DNA from: Candidatus Latescibacterota bacterium
GTDB lineage: Bacteria > Latescibacterota > UBA2968
Assembly (NCBI GenBank): GCA_965204745.1
Contig: OZ242010.1
Coordinates: 4,704,001-4,768,000, forward strand
Direction: 5' to 3'
DNA: 64,000 nt
The position numbers and the translations under genes were made by a program. Shown here piece after piece: positions 20,972 to 31,590 of this stretch. Every line of letters starts with the position of its first letter. The first letter of the stretch is position 1. Below the pieces are notes generated by a model. It was not told the DNA's origin. It saw nothing but the letters and a program-made list of their open reading frames with translations, and did no database searches.

Positions 20972-22231
20972 TTATTTTGTCAAGGCCGTCTCGAGGGCAT
21001 CATAGACCAGCGGTTGAAAATGTCGCGTGACATTGCCCGCCCCGCGCAGTTGCGTCCACACCATTGAAATCATCTCGTTTTGCGGATCGATCCAGAAATG
21101 GGTTTTGGCAATGCCCGACCAATAATACGTCCCGTTATGATCCACCCAGTCGGTCTCGGTTTCATCGACGATGACGGCGAACCCATAGCCGAACCCATCG
21201 CTCTTGCGCTGCCGGTGGCGATAGGGCGCGGTCTCGGGCAGGTGATTGGCGGTCATGAGGCGGACGGTTTCGGGTTTCAAAATGCGCGTACCGTACAATT
21301 CCCCGCCATTGTGCAACATTTGGGCAAAGCGGAGATAATCGCGTGCCGTGCTCACCAACCCGCCACCGCCGGATTCCCACGCGCCGGGCCGCGTATTGCT
21401 CTGCGTATTGCGCGGTTCGAGTTTGCCATCCCTTTTCCGATAAAGCGTTGCCAAGCGGGCGCGCTTTTCTTCGGGCACGTAAAAACCCGTGTCGAACATG
21501 TCCAAAGGCGCGAAAATGCGTTGCGAGAAAAATTCGCCCAAGGACATGCCCGAGGCGACCTCGACCACGCGACCGAGGATATCGGTCGATACGCCGTACA
21601 GCCAACGGGTGCCGGGCTGAAAGCGCAGGGGAAGGCGCGCGACCTTTCGGGCAAATGCCGCGTTTGATGGGGACGAAAACAGGTTTGCAGCGCGGTAGAG
21701 CGTATCCACGGGCGTTTGCCCAAAGTTGCCGTAGGTCAATCCGGAGGTGTGCGAAAGCAAGTCCGAAATGGCGATGGCGCGTTTGAGCGGCGCGAGCATT
21801 GGGTTTTGCGACCCGCCGCCTGCATAGACTTTTGTTTTCGCAAATTCCGGGATGAACTTGGACACCGGATCGTCCAAGTTGAGTTTGCCATCTTCGTAGA
21901 GCATCATAATCGCGACGCTGGTGACGGGCTTGGTCATGGAATAGATGCGAAACAGGGCGTCCTCGGTCATGGGCTTGGACGATGCGAGGTCCTTGAACCC
22001 CACGGTCTCGAAATGGACGATTTTGCCTTTTCGGGCAACGAGCGTCAAAATGCCCGCGAATTTCCCGGAATCGACAAGGGCCTGCATCGCGGGTTGGATT
22101 TTCCCAAGGCGTTCTGCGGAAATCCCGACTTCCGCGGGGTCCGCACGGGGAATCTCTGTGGCGGCGACCGATTGGATGCCCGAGAAAACCGCGATCAGGA
22201 CGAACAAGGTGTTTTGCAAAATGCGCGTCAT
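20972..22231 (-). CDS. Serine hydrolase, beta-lactamase-related family, secreted
   Basis: Signal peptide, SxxK (FRIYSMTK), LLSHTSG, FQPGTRWLYG, GGGGLVST..DY. Confidence 0.9.
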   Translation of the reverse strand: MTRILQNTLFVLIAVFSGIQSVAATEIPRADPAEVGISAERLGKIQPAMQALVDSGKFAGILTLVARKGKIVHFETVGFKDLASSKPMTEDALFRIYSMTKPVTSVAIMMLYEDGKLNLDDPVSKFIPEFAKTKVYAGGGSQNPMLAPLKRAIAISDLLSHTSGLTYGNFGQTPVDTLYRAANLFSSPSNAAFARKVARLPLRFQPGTRWLYGVSTDILGRVVEVASGMSLGEFFSQRIFAPLDMFDTGFYVPEEKRARLATLYRKRDGKLEPRNTQSNTRPGAWESGGGGLVSTARDYLRFAQMLHNGGELYGTRILKPETVRLMTANHLPETAPYRHRQRKSDGFGYGFAVIVDETETDWVDHNGTYYWSGIAKTHFWIDPQNEMISMVWTQLRGAGNVTRHFQPLVYDALETALTK

Positions 22232-22305
22232 TGGGATATTCTCCTCGTTGATAACAAGTGTCATTAAGAAAGGGTTACACCTTTCGATGCAACCCTTTCC
22301 GCGTG

Positions 22306-22382
22306 TGGTGCGGACGCCAGGATTCGAACCCGGAACCGTCTGATCCGTAGTCAGGTGCTCTATCCAGTTGAGCTACGTCCGC
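22306..22382 (-). tRNA. tRNA-Arg (ACG)
   Basis: GCGGACG/CGTCCGC acceptor, CCTGA-CTACGGA-TCAGA anticodon arm, GTTCGAAT, CCA. Confidence 0.96.
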
Positions 22383-22718
22383 CAAAATCAGGTGCTGAGC
22401 ACACAGACGCTACGAAGGCCATCAAAGATATCAAAAGCGCGAAATATGTCAAGTGGAAAGCCGATTTGCGGAAAGGCGATTTTGGGTTGCTCGCAGAGGG
22501 GGGATGTATAATTATGGGAGTCAGTCGTCAGTCCCCACCCGTCCCAACCACCGAGTTGTCAGTTGTCAGTTACCCCGCCGCTCCACCCCTGAATGCGACT
22601 TGTTTTGCTGATTGCCCATGCGTTGGGGCTACGCCTGTGCGCGCTTTTGTCGTGGATTGAAAAAATTAGAAAAAATAAAAATCAAATAAAAAAAAATAAA
22701 CTCTCTCAAAGACATTTA

Positions 22719-22757
22719 AAAAAAGAGACCGAGGTTTCAAAAACCTCGGTCTCTTGG
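22719..22757 (-). terminator. Intrinsic terminator of the TonB receptor gene
   Basis: aagagaccgaggttt/aaacctcggtctctt perfect stem, with an A tract on its left (U tract on the minus strand). Confidence 0.8.
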
Positions 22758-22797
22758 TTTATGGGACTATCCACCTGATGATGGCTTGGGTCAGTCC

Positions 22798-25449
22798 TTA
22801 AAATGAGAAGGAGTACTTTCCGTACCAGAACGCGCCGCCGAAGCCGAATGGGCTGAATTGGCTGTACAAGCGGCCGAGGCTGGTCGCGTTTGGATTGACG
22901 TCGGGGTAGATGTCGAGGACGTTTTGCGCGCCCACAGTGAGCCGCGAATGATTGGCAAAGGCGTAACTGGCTTCCACGTCGAGCACAAATTCGCCACTAT
23001 AGACATGATCGTCTTCCGAATCGTACCATTCAGAATAGTAGCGCACGCGGCCCAAGACCTCAAACACCTCTTTCAGGGGCACGGTCACGGTCAAGTTGCC
23101 GCGGTGCTTGGGCAGGCCCTCTTCCAATTCCCGAATCCGCTCATCGTTCAAGGTCTCCTCATTGTAATCGGTCACTTCGGTGCTGGTGAAGTTGTACGCC
23201 ACGCTGATCTCGCCATCGCAGCAAAACGGCGTGGTGAGCACGAAGTCGATGCCCTGCGTCGTCGTTTCAAAATCATTGATGAAGAACCGGAAATTTCGCA
23301 GGTTGCGCGCGCTGGTGATGCCTTCGCCGATTAATTGAGTCTTCTCGGCTTCGTTCAGACTGTAGTTCTGCGAGAACGACAGGCGATCCTTTACGGCAAT
23401 GTTGAAATAGTCGAGCGTGACATTGACCGGCGGGATATTGGTATCCACGGGATAAATGGGAATGGTCATCACCACGCCGCCCGTGAAGTTGAGCGACTTT
23501 TCGGGCGTGATTTGTTTCCCGCCCCGGAGTTGTGCAACGCGAAAGGTCGAGGGAATGGTGCCGTTGTTGACCAACCCGACCCCGGGCGTAAATTCGGTCG
23601 AGACGTTGAAGGTGTTTTGTTGTCCGGGCGTGGGTGCGCGAAAGCCCGTGCTGAACGAGCCGCGCAATTTCGTGCTCTCGCTAAGCCCGACGTTGGTCGC
23701 CACCTTGTAGTTGACCGTGGAGCCGAAATCCTCAAAATTTTCAAAGCGCAAGGCCAAGGCCAGCAACCAGTTGTCCATCGGGGTGACTTCCGCCTCGCCA
23801 TAAATTGCGAAGTTCCCGCGGCTCCAATTGCCCGCGGCGATCTCGTCGCTGAACCCGGGAAATCCATTGGAAGCCGAACTAAAGCCGTAGTCCGCCAAGG
23901 GGCCGATTTGGAATGACTCGGGTTGCCCTTGCACAACTTCAAAATTCTCGATGCGGTATTCTGCCCCGGCCGCGAGGAAGACTTGCTCGCTAAACGGATA
24001 GGTCACGTCGAAGTTGAAATTGGTCTCGGTTTGGATGTATGTCCCCGGGTCAAATTCCGTTGGCGAGTTGGCCCCCAACGAGGCATTCACCGTATTGAAG
24101 ATGAAGAAATCGGCTTCGTGGCGCCCCCGATACGCGCTGAAATCCCAGGACATCAGGGAGGCCGCCGTGCCCTTCAAGCCAGCCAGAACAGCGTAGTCCG
24201 TCGTGTTCCCGCCAAACCGGGGCGTGAACCCGCCGGGAAAGCGTTCGCGGAACGTCCACAAATTGGGATCGCTCTGCACCTGTGCCAAAGCGGCCTGGTC
24301 CGGCACGCGGCAAACGATGGGCACCACGGGCACGTCGCCGCCGGCCATGTTGCCCACGAGCAATGTCGCGGTCAGGGTGCCGTTCACGCCATTCACAATG
24401 CCGAGTTCTTCGGCTTCGGCTTGGGTGTGGTAATTCGTGCCGTCGAACATGAGCACAGGGCCTCTGTACACGCCCCCCCGCGTGTTGGGATTGCGGTAGA
24501 AGAACCCGCCTTCGACTTCTTTGCTGGCAAAGTTGCCGTGCCCGTAAAACTCGATGTTGTCGTTGATGGACAGGCCGTAGTTGGCGAGGATTTTGAGGTC
24601 GTTGCGGACAAAGGGCTGACCCCAAATTTGCGCGGGGTTTGCCACGCCTTGATTGCCCGCTGAAATGAGACCTGCGGCATCGGCGCGTTGCACCGAGCGG
24701 TCCGTATCATCTGAATTGCCGTATTCCGCGCTGAGGTTGATCCAGGCATTTGGGTTGCCCAAGCCGATATTGCCCGCAACCGCGTACGTCATGCCGTCGC
24801 CTTGCTGGTAAATGCCGGGCTTGATTTCAAAGGACCCGCCGCTGTAATTGTCTTTCAACGCGAAATTCAGCACGCCGGCAATGGCGTCAGAGCCGTATTG
24901 CGCGGATGCGCCGTCGCGCAGGACTTCTACGCGCTTGAGGGCGATAGACGGAATCGCGGAGATGTCAGGGCCTTGCGCGCCATCGGCAATGCCATTGCCC
25001 AGCCAGTGAATCACGGCGGCGCGGTGGCGGCGTTTGCCATTGATGAGCACGAGCGCGTGGTCAGGGGCAAGGCCGCGCAGGTTGACCGGGCGCACCACGG
25101 TTGACGCATCGCTGATCGGCTGCGTGTTGACATTGTAGGAGGGTACGATGTTTCGGATCAGATTCAGCAAATCCGTATCGGCCTGTTTGGCGACTTCTTC
25201 GCCGGCGACCACGTCGATGGGCACGGCGGACTCGGTGACAGAACGCGGTTGGGCGCGCGACCCGATAACCACCAATTCTTCGAGCACGATCACATCTTCG
25301 AGAATATCCGTGACCTCGGTCGCAGTGGTATCCGCGCTTGCGGCGGGCTGGCTCTCCTGCGCGATAGCAGTGCCACTCATGGCGAGCGCGATGCCGAGCG
25401 CGAGGCACTTAACGCGGGTGAGAGACCTCAAACAATACCTATGTGGCAT
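22798..25449 (-). CDS. TonB-dependent outer membrane receptor
   Basis: TonB box ELVVIGSR, plug LVLINGKRR and RVEVLRDGASAQYGSDAIAGV, terminal Phe. RBS AAGGAG. Confidence 0.95.
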   Translation of the reverse strand: MPHRYCLRSLTRVKCLALGIALAMSGTAIAQESQPAASADTTATEVTDILEDVIVLEELVVIGSRAQPRSVTESAVPIDVVAGEEVAKQADTDLLNLIRNIVPSYNVNTQPISDASTVVRPVNLRGLAPDHALVLINGKRRHRAAVIHWLGNGIADGAQGPDISAIPSIALKRVEVLRDGASAQYGSDAIAGVLNFALKDNYSGGSFEIKPGIYQQGDGMTYAVAGNIGLGNPNAWINLSAEYGNSDDTDRSVQRADAAGLISAGNQGVANPAQIWGQPFVRNDLKILANYGLSINDNIEFYGHGNFASKEVEGGFFYRNPNTRGGVYRGPVLMFDGTNYHTQAEAEELGIVNGVNGTLTATLLVGNMAGGDVPVVPIVCRVPDQAALAQVQSDPNLWTFRERFPGGFTPRFGGNTTDYAVLAGLKGTAASLMSWDFSAYRGRHEADFFIFNTVNASLGANSPTEFDPGTYIQTETNFNFDVTYPFSEQVFLAAGAEYRIENFEVVQGQPESFQIGPLADYGFSSASNGFPGFSDEIAAGNWSRGNFAIYGEAEVTPMDNWLLALALRFENFEDFGSTVNYKVATNVGLSESTKLRGSFSTGFRAPTPGQQNTFNVSTEFTPGVGLVNNGTIPSTFRVAQLRGGKQITPEKSLNFTGGVVMTIPIYPVDTNIPPVNVTLDYFNIAVKDRLSFSQNYSLNEAEKTQLIGEGITSARNLRNFRFFINDFETTTQGIDFVLTTPFCCDGEISVAYNFTSTEVTDYNEETLNDERIRELEEGLPKHRGNLTVTVPLKEVFEVLGRVRYYSEWYDSEDDHVYSGEFVLDVEASYAFANHSRLTVGAQNVLDIYPDVNPNATSLGRLYSQFSPFGFGGAFWYGKYSFSF

Positions 25450-25909
25450 GACAAGCTCCTTTCGTCGGGCGATGCCGGTGTGACAGATGACGTGTCGCGC
25501 CACGGATTTTATTGCGCGTCAAGCGTGCATCTGTTTCTATACGCTGCGAGATACAGCGCATTCTGACGGGCTAATTTATGCAAAAAGGTTCATTTAGTCA
25601 ACATTTTCAATAAAGATGTGAGAACGGACAGAGAATGGATTTCCGCGGCCGATACGGGCTTGCGTCGCCGCGTTGCTTTCGGGCTAAAGTCCGTCGGCAA
25701 ATGGCCGAATACTCCTGCGAGCGGTTGCGGTGCGGTTTGCCTGCGTTTTCCGTCATCGGTAAGCCAACTTCATCGGCGTATCAATCGCCTAAAAGAAAAT
25801 GATAGCGGGGCCAGAACGCAAGCGCGAAATGTAACGCATTGAAAAACAAAACCGCCCAATGCTACCGGAAAGGTGAGAGGTGAGAGGCAAGACGGGAGAA
25901 GACCACCCC

Positions 25910-26109
25910 TCTCACGCCTTTCATCTCACCTCTTGCGTCTCACCTCTTGCGTCTCACCTCTTGCGTCTCACCTCTTGCGTCTCACCTCTTGCGTCTCACC
26001 TCTTGCGTCTCACCTCTTGCGTCTCACCTCTTGCGTCTCACCTCTTGCGTCTCACCTCTTGCGTCTCACGCCTTTCATCTCACCTCTTGCGTCTCACCTC
26101 TTGTATCTT
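25910..26109. repeat. 14-bp tandem repeat (tctcacctcttgcg) x ~11
   Basis: Directly visible. Preceded by the inverted arm aggtgagaggtgagaggcaagacgggaga. Related runs near 11366, 34101, 43975, 51215 and 57541. Confidence 0.95.
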
Positions 26110-26120
26110 GGAAGTAAGGG

Positions 26121-27875
26121 TTAATTAGGTGTTGCGCCCTCGTATCGAGATAAGCCATCTTGATGCTCGGCCTTTAGTTCTTTGGTGTGTTCATGCCAAT
26201 AGAACGCGATCAACTTGTGCATCCGCACGCAGGTCACTTTGTCAATGCAGACCAGCATGGCCTTGCCGGTCTCCCACGCCGCCGAATAGTGTTGCGTGAA
26301 ATCCCGTGCCAACTGGTCGAGCCGCCGGCCCGCGGTTATCAGGTGGTAGTCGCGCTTGAGGTCCCGCTCCAACCGCTGTGCCACATCCACATCCTCGAGA
26401 TCTAACGCATCTAACTTTTCGGCGATGCGCGTATTCAGATCGCCAACCCCCACGCCCAACTTGTCGCCGCGGGCGTCGTAGTACAGCGGCACTGTGGCCC
26501 GATCCGCCACGGCCCGTTGAAAATCGTATGTCGAGATGTACGCGCCAAAAACCCGGCGCGTGATCTCGTCATCGACAAACAACGGCGTGCCGGTAAACCC
26601 GATATAACTGGCATTGGGCAACGCGGCGCGCATGTTGGCCGCCAACTCGCCGTATTGCGTGCGGTGCGCCTCGTCCGTCATGACGATGATATCGTCGCGC
26701 TGTGTGTACCCCGCGTTCGCATCGCGGTTGAATTTCTGAATCAAGGAGAAGACATGCGACTTGTGTTCGGTCAACAATCGGTTCAGATGCGCGCCGTTCG
26801 CCGCACGGCACGGGTCGAGATCGTGGTTCACCACGCCGCAACCGGCAAAGGTCTTGTAGATCTGCCGGTCGAGATCGTCGCGGTCCGTCAGCACCAAAAA
26901 CGTAAAATTGCCGCCCAATTTGCGGTGTACCTTGCGGGTGAACAGCACCATCGAATAGCTTTTGCCCGCGCCCTGCGTGTGCCAAAACACCCCCAGCTTG
27001 CCTTGCCGCGTCTTTCGCTCGCGCACCGCCTCAATCGCCCGGTTCACGCCCAAAAACTGGTGGTTGCGGGCGAGGATTTTCCGGACTTCGCCCGACGAGT
27101 CGTCGAACAAAATGAAGTTCTCCACGAGGTCCATGAAATCGCGCTTGTTGCAAACGCCCTTGAGTAGCGTCTCCATATCGACTGCGCCCGGCTCGTCTTC
27201 GGCCAATCGCTTCCACTCGTGAAAATGCGCCCACTCGCTGGTAATCGATCCGATCTTCGCCTGCTCCCCATTGCCAAACATCACCACGGCGTTGTGGTGA
27301 AAAATGTGCGGGATGGTATCTCGATAGTCCGAATAGTTCTCCTCGAACGCCGCCTTGAGGTCGCGGTGAATGTTCTTGCACTCGATGAACAACAGCGGCA
27401 GGCCATTGACAAAGCCGATGATATCCGCCCGCTTGCGATAGATATCCCCGCTGATCCAAAGTTCGCGCACGCACAAAAAGGCGTTGTTCTCCGGCGTCTC
27501 AAAGTCGAAAACGCGCACCCGCTCCCGCACTCGCTCGCCCTTGTCGTTGCTGAACTTGACCAGCACCCCATCGCGCATCAAATCGCACTTTTCCCGGTTG
27601 GTGGCGACAAGGGTCTGCGAGGCAACCGGGGCGATAAGTTGCCGAACCGCATCCCCATAGGCGTCATCGGGCAGGCCCGGGTTCAACGCCTCCAACTGCT
27701 CGCGCAACACGCGCACCAACACCACCTCGCGGTCAGAAGCCCGCCCCAACAAACCCTGCGGCCCAAAGTCCTCGCTGTTGTACGCATAGACCGATTCCCA
27801 CCCGAGTTGTCGCTCGAGATAATCGACAGTGGTCTGCTGAACGAGTGTGTCTTCTGTGTAGGAAGGTATGTTCAT
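26121..27875 (-). pseudogene. hsdR: Type I restriction subunit R, C-terminally truncated
   Basis: RADIIGFVNGLPLLFIECK nuclease motif, HTQGAGKS, DEAH, FTGTP. Ends at 584 aa just after GKAMLVC, so most of RecA2 is missing (full length is usually ~1000 aa). Confidence 0.85.
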
Positions 27876-27905
27876 CCTCTCTCCTGTGATTCGACAAATT
27901 CGCTT

Positions 27906-28748
27906 TCACACTTCAGATATCTGCTTGGCAAATTCAGCCACTTGATCCTGTTCCGGATGCCCAATTTTTTTAACTATCTGCGCCGCACTCGCAACGAGTA
28001 GCCGACTTAGCGGCTCTAGGTCGATCATCTGTGCTTGCTCGCAGACAGCCAGTACCCGGTCAAAGTGTGTATCGAGCAACTGGCGTATCTGGTATTTTCC
28101 GTCCACGACCCCATCGGTCATGTAGTGGGCGAGTATCTCGGCCGCCTTCGCTAAGTGATAGAGTCCGATCAATTCCAGTGCGGTCGCCTTGGCATGAACC
28201 GGCTCCAACGCTTCGAGATGATCCTTTTCAAAATCAGCTTGAGCGTCGCGCAACCGGGATATTCGCTCTAAGACCTCGTCGCGGTCCGACCATCCATCCT
28301 TGCGGATAAGTCGTAGCCAAACATCCAAGACCGTCGCCCAAGTACGCCTACGCCAATCTTTTGAATCGATGGGAAGATCGGGCCATGGATCCTCTTTCAT
28401 CCATCGCGCCGCATCTCTACCCTTGTCGCCCAATACGGCGAGAGTTCCTGCTCTCAACAAAAACATCCCCGCTTCGAGAGGATCTTTTGGTCTCGGCAAG
28501 ACGCGGAGCAGACGGAAAGCATCGGCGGCAGCGCGTTTCAATTCCCTTTGTTTTTCCTCATCGTCCGCAAGGTCTTCAAGCACGAGATCGAGCACAGCGA
28601 TTTCCAGCATTTCGGCAGATTGCCGGATCAATTCATCGTCCACTGCGGAGGGCGCATTGTGCGATTCGCGGAAAATCTGTGCACGCTTAGCTTGCTTTCG
28701 CGCCCGTTGGCGCGTCTCGCTGAGTTTGTCGAGCAACCAATGGCTCAT
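27906..28748 (-). pseudogene. Alpha-helical protein resembling the N-terminal part of a HamB-like SF2 helicase; helicase core absent
   Basis: RBS GGAGGT. Directly follows a PD-(D/E)xK gene as in Hachiman-type pairs. No Walker motifs. Family assignment from memory. Confidence 0.45.
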
Positions 28749-29532
28749 GATCCACCTCCCGATACGCGATATGGAAGATCGGCAATTGTGCAGGGCAGAT
28801 TATCAAACGACATGTGGTTGGGGCTTGTAGTGACCCCGCCAACGTTTGTCCTCGTACTCGCAAATCCAATTCATGGGGTTGCGTGTCCCGGATCAGAACG
28901 CCAAAGAGCGCGATAGCCCTGTTGCCTGAATCGAAAAAAAGTCCGACAGCCGCATTGAAGGACGCCTCGTATTGCGTGTTCTTACAACGAGGCGAAAGCC
29001 ATCTGAGAATTTGACGAATCCGTGACAAGTCGTTCGCCAAAACGTCAATCTGATGCGTCATACCGCTCTTACCGCTCATCACTTGAGGCGGATAACGGTT
29101 TTCGCTGGAAGATTTCACTTCCCCAAGCACGAGGTACTCAACCCCGTCAACATTTGTAAATCCAATCAAATCCGCACCAGGAAGGCTCGCATTGGGATTG
29201 CGCTTGTCGCGTGCCATGTTCCATGGCCAGATAACTGCGTACTCGCGACTCAGGTACGCTTCGGCTATGGCTTCGCCCACTGCCCAATCCCGTTCTTCAG
29301 GAACTTTAGCGTTCAGAATAGCGTCGAGGCTCTCGCGACCAAAGCCCGTACTCGGTAGCCCCCGAAGGATTGCTTCAAATTCGGCGTTGCCCTCTTCATC
29401 GTGAAGCCGCGATGAAACATCGTTGGACATAAACGTATTAAATTCGGCGTCATCTCTCATGCTTACACCCCGCCATGTGACCTGCCCGGCTTGATCTTCG
29501 TAGTTGACGGTTGTTAGGGCAATTCCCGTCAT
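28687..29532 (-). CDS. PD-(D/E)xK nuclease, HamA-like, with probable frameshift near 28800
   Basis: GEAIAE...PGADLIGF...LGEVKSS. An alternative frame LPCTIADLPYRVSGGGS* ends in an ATGA overlap with the next gene. Confidence 0.65.
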   Translation of the reverse strand: MTGIALTTVNYEDQAGQVTWRGVSMRDDAEFNTFMSNDVSSRLHDEEGNAEFEAILRGLPSTGFGRESLDAILNAKVPEERDWAVGEAIAEAYLSREYAVIWPWNMARDKRNPNASLPGADLIGFTNVDGVEYLVLGEVKSSSENRYPPQVMSGKSGMTHQIDVLANDLSRIRQILRWLSPRCKNTQYEASFNAAVGLFFDSGNRAIALFGVLIRDTQPHELDLRVRGQTLAGSLQAPTTCRLIICPAQLPIFHIAYREVDHEPLVARQTQRDAPTGAKAS

Positions 29533-30614
29533 ACAGCCACCTCCCCATTCATCAGGCGCGGCAAAAGCAGATCGCGGGCTTTTGCAAGTAGTTTGTTTTG
29601 TTCGAGAAGTACTCTTATTTGGTAAAAATTGTGCGATACTGATTCTTCAAACATACTCACCATAGTACCTTTTGGAACGAGCAATGGCAATCTTTGTAAG
29701 TCTTTAGGGTAAACGTGAGGTTGCGCTGCACCCTTTTGGAATCCAAATATCTCCTTCTGTTTTGATTTCATAAGTTCAAAAAGATAGTATAGATGCTCTG
29801 TTGATTTCCTGCTGATATAAGAGCAGTCAGAGGCCCAGATATCTTCGTGGTAAAGATTCACGTATCCGGCGTTGGCTCCAGAGGCACTGACAGTGATGAC
29901 TGGCCCAAGCACATTGGCGGTATCGTGGTAATAGGCTGGAGATAAACCGCCAGCAACAACCGGCACAGAGCCATTGGTATTAGCTGAATTTTTGGTGATG
30001 TTCTTTCCCCTTGTTACATCCACTATGTCGCCCAAGGTCTTTCTCTCCCACCCCTCCGGCACGCCATCAATAATTTTGGCGCGTTCATACCCCGGAAAGC
30101 GTAGGTGGACGAACCACTCTTTGTAGAGCAACCGCGCCGCCTGTTCCAGCAACTGAATCCGCCGCCGGTTGTTTTCGATGAGGTCGTCGTAGGCAGAGAG
30201 GATGTCAACGATTCTGTCCTGTGTTGGTAGCGATGGGATAGAAACCTTGAGTTGCAAAGCGTTTGATCTATTCAGCCCGGGAACAGCAACGTCAGTGTTC
30301 ATGCGAGCAAGTGGTAATGTCTTCAGCAAGTAGTAAATGTACCTCAGTCGCGTGTCCTCTGTTTTGGGAACGACGTAATAGGTCGTGTCTATGGGGTAGA
30401 AATCCCGAGCTGTCCAATACACGGATCCAATCGTCCCTTTACGACCAACCACCACACCTGGGCCTTGAACGAGAGCTTGGTTGTGAGTATCGACAATGCC
30501 ACCCGATCCATACACGGGAACAGCCCCAGGTTTTCGATCACGAGCGGGTAGTCCTTTCCCATAAACAAACTGAACTAAATCACCGAGGTGCGCGTTTTTT
30601 GCTTTATCCTTCAT
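29529..30614 (-). CDS. hsdS: Type I R-M specificity subunit S
   Basis: Two TRDs; central conserved PSLPTQDRIVDILSAYDDLIENN...LYKEWFV; terminal ARDLLLPRLMNGEV. Confidence 0.95.
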   Translation of the reverse strand: MKDKAKNAHLGDLVQFVYGKGLPARDRKPGAVPVYGSGGIVDTHNQALVQGPGVVVGRKGTIGSVYWTARDFYPIDTTYYVVPKTEDTRLRYIYYLLKTLPLARMNTDVAVPGLNRSNALQLKVSIPSLPTQDRIVDILSAYDDLIENNRRRIQLLEQAARLLYKEWFVHLRFPGYERAKIIDGVPEGWERKTLGDIVDVTRGKNITKNSANTNGSVPVVAGGLSPAYYHDTANVLGPVITVSASGANAGYVNLYHEDIWASDCSYISRKSTEHLYYLFELMKSKQKEIFGFQKGAAQPHVYPKDLQRLPLLVPKGTMVSMFEESVSHNFYQIRVLLEQNKLLAKARDLLLPRLMNGEVAV

Positions 30615-30706
30615 ATTCGTTGCTCCTCCTGCGATACGGGTACGAAATTGCGCGCCACCCCGCCATGTGCGTTATACCAAACGGACAACCCGAAAGCGAG
30701 TTGGTA

Positions 30707-30901
30707 TTACAGCCCTTCATACATCTCTGGATCCGGTTCAATTTCCACGACCTCGCCATCGCGCATCACGACAACGCTTGTGCCGGTCTGATGCGCGATC
30801 TGGTGTGCGCGTCTGGCGGCTCGCATGAGCGCGGCCGGCACAGCCTGCATATCGGGGTCTGTCAGTTTGGACACGGGGATTTGGTATTTGTCCTTCTTCA
30901 T
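30707..30901 (-). CDS. Small putative antitoxin partner of the zeta-like ATPase
   Basis: 64 aa, ATGA-type overlap with the upstream ATPase gene; ALMRAARRA..IA..TGT.VVV.RDG. Confidence 0.65.
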   Translation of the reverse strand: MKKDKYQIPVSKLTDPDMQAVPAALMRAARRAHQIAHQTGTSVVVMRDGEVVEIEPDPEMYEGL

Positions 30902-31407
30902 CTGCTGTTCTCTCCTTCATCTTCCAGAACGAGCCTAATGCCGCTGGCATTCAATTTTTGCCAGTAATCAACGCAATGTCGGTATATCGTCTCGAAGTTC
31001 AAAAGACCGCTGGCGAAACGACGGCGTATGACCGCTTCTGGAACCTGATGTCCGCCTTGTCGCACCCGCGCTTGCACGCGCCGAATGGCTTCCTCGGGCG
31101 TCGCAAGCGACAGAAATATCAGTTTGACCCTGTAACCATCATCGCGCCATTGCCGAATCATCTCGACATATCCCCGCCCCGATAGCGTGGTTTCAAAGGC
31201 AAAATTTCTTCTGTTGCGAGCGTGACGGTTGATTTCCTCCAGCATCAGTCGCCCGGCGCGAATAGTCGCGGGGCGAAAGGGCGATAGCCCTACGGCGATC
31301 AAGTCCGCATTGACAAAGATCGGACAGCCCGCCTCATTGGGCAGATATTCTCGCGCAAAGGTCGTCTTACCGGCCCCATTCGGCCCGGCGATGATAATGA
31401 TTTTCAT
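30898..31407 (-). CDS. Zeta-toxin-like P-loop kinase/ATPase
   Basis: IIAGPNGAGKTT, FVNAD, FAFETTLS, RV..RV.QGGH.VPE. Confidence 0.88.
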   Translation of the reverse strand: MKIIIIAGPNGAGKTTFAREYLPNEAGCPIFVNADLIAVGLSPFRPATIRAGRLMLEEINRHARNRRNFAFETTLSGRGYVEMIRQWRDDGYRVKLIFLSLATPEEAIRRVQARVRQGGHQVPEAVIRRRFASGLLNFETIYRHCVDYWQKLNASGIRLVLEDEGENSR

Positions 31408-31590
31408 TGCTTGATCGCCAAACTCTGAAAAAAAATATAAGACGTTCCGCGTTCATTTTTCCCAACCGCGTTTCCACGAATCCCGAAGCCTTCTTTGCAA
31501 AGCGACCGGGTCATCCACATCTCGAAATGTCCGAATTTTACCGGCGAAATCCGACAGGCGGTTTGCCCCTTTTGTGGCGGAACCCACTTT

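Noticed and set aside
20972-22231. Antibiotic-resistance beta-lactamase
   Set aside because: Motifs fit the broad esterase/serine hydrolase family, not class A, C or D enzymes specifically.
20860-22382. tRNA-targeted integrative element
   Set aside because: No integrase, and I saw no duplicated tRNA 3' end in the window.
25450-25870. Cobalamin or TPP riboswitch upstream of the TonB receptor
   Set aside because: No recognisable conserved boxes by eye; only a possible TTGACT-17-TAAATT promoter.
25873-26128. ORFs with SHLLRLTSCVSPLA repeats
   Set aside because: Translations of the 14-bp tandem repeat.
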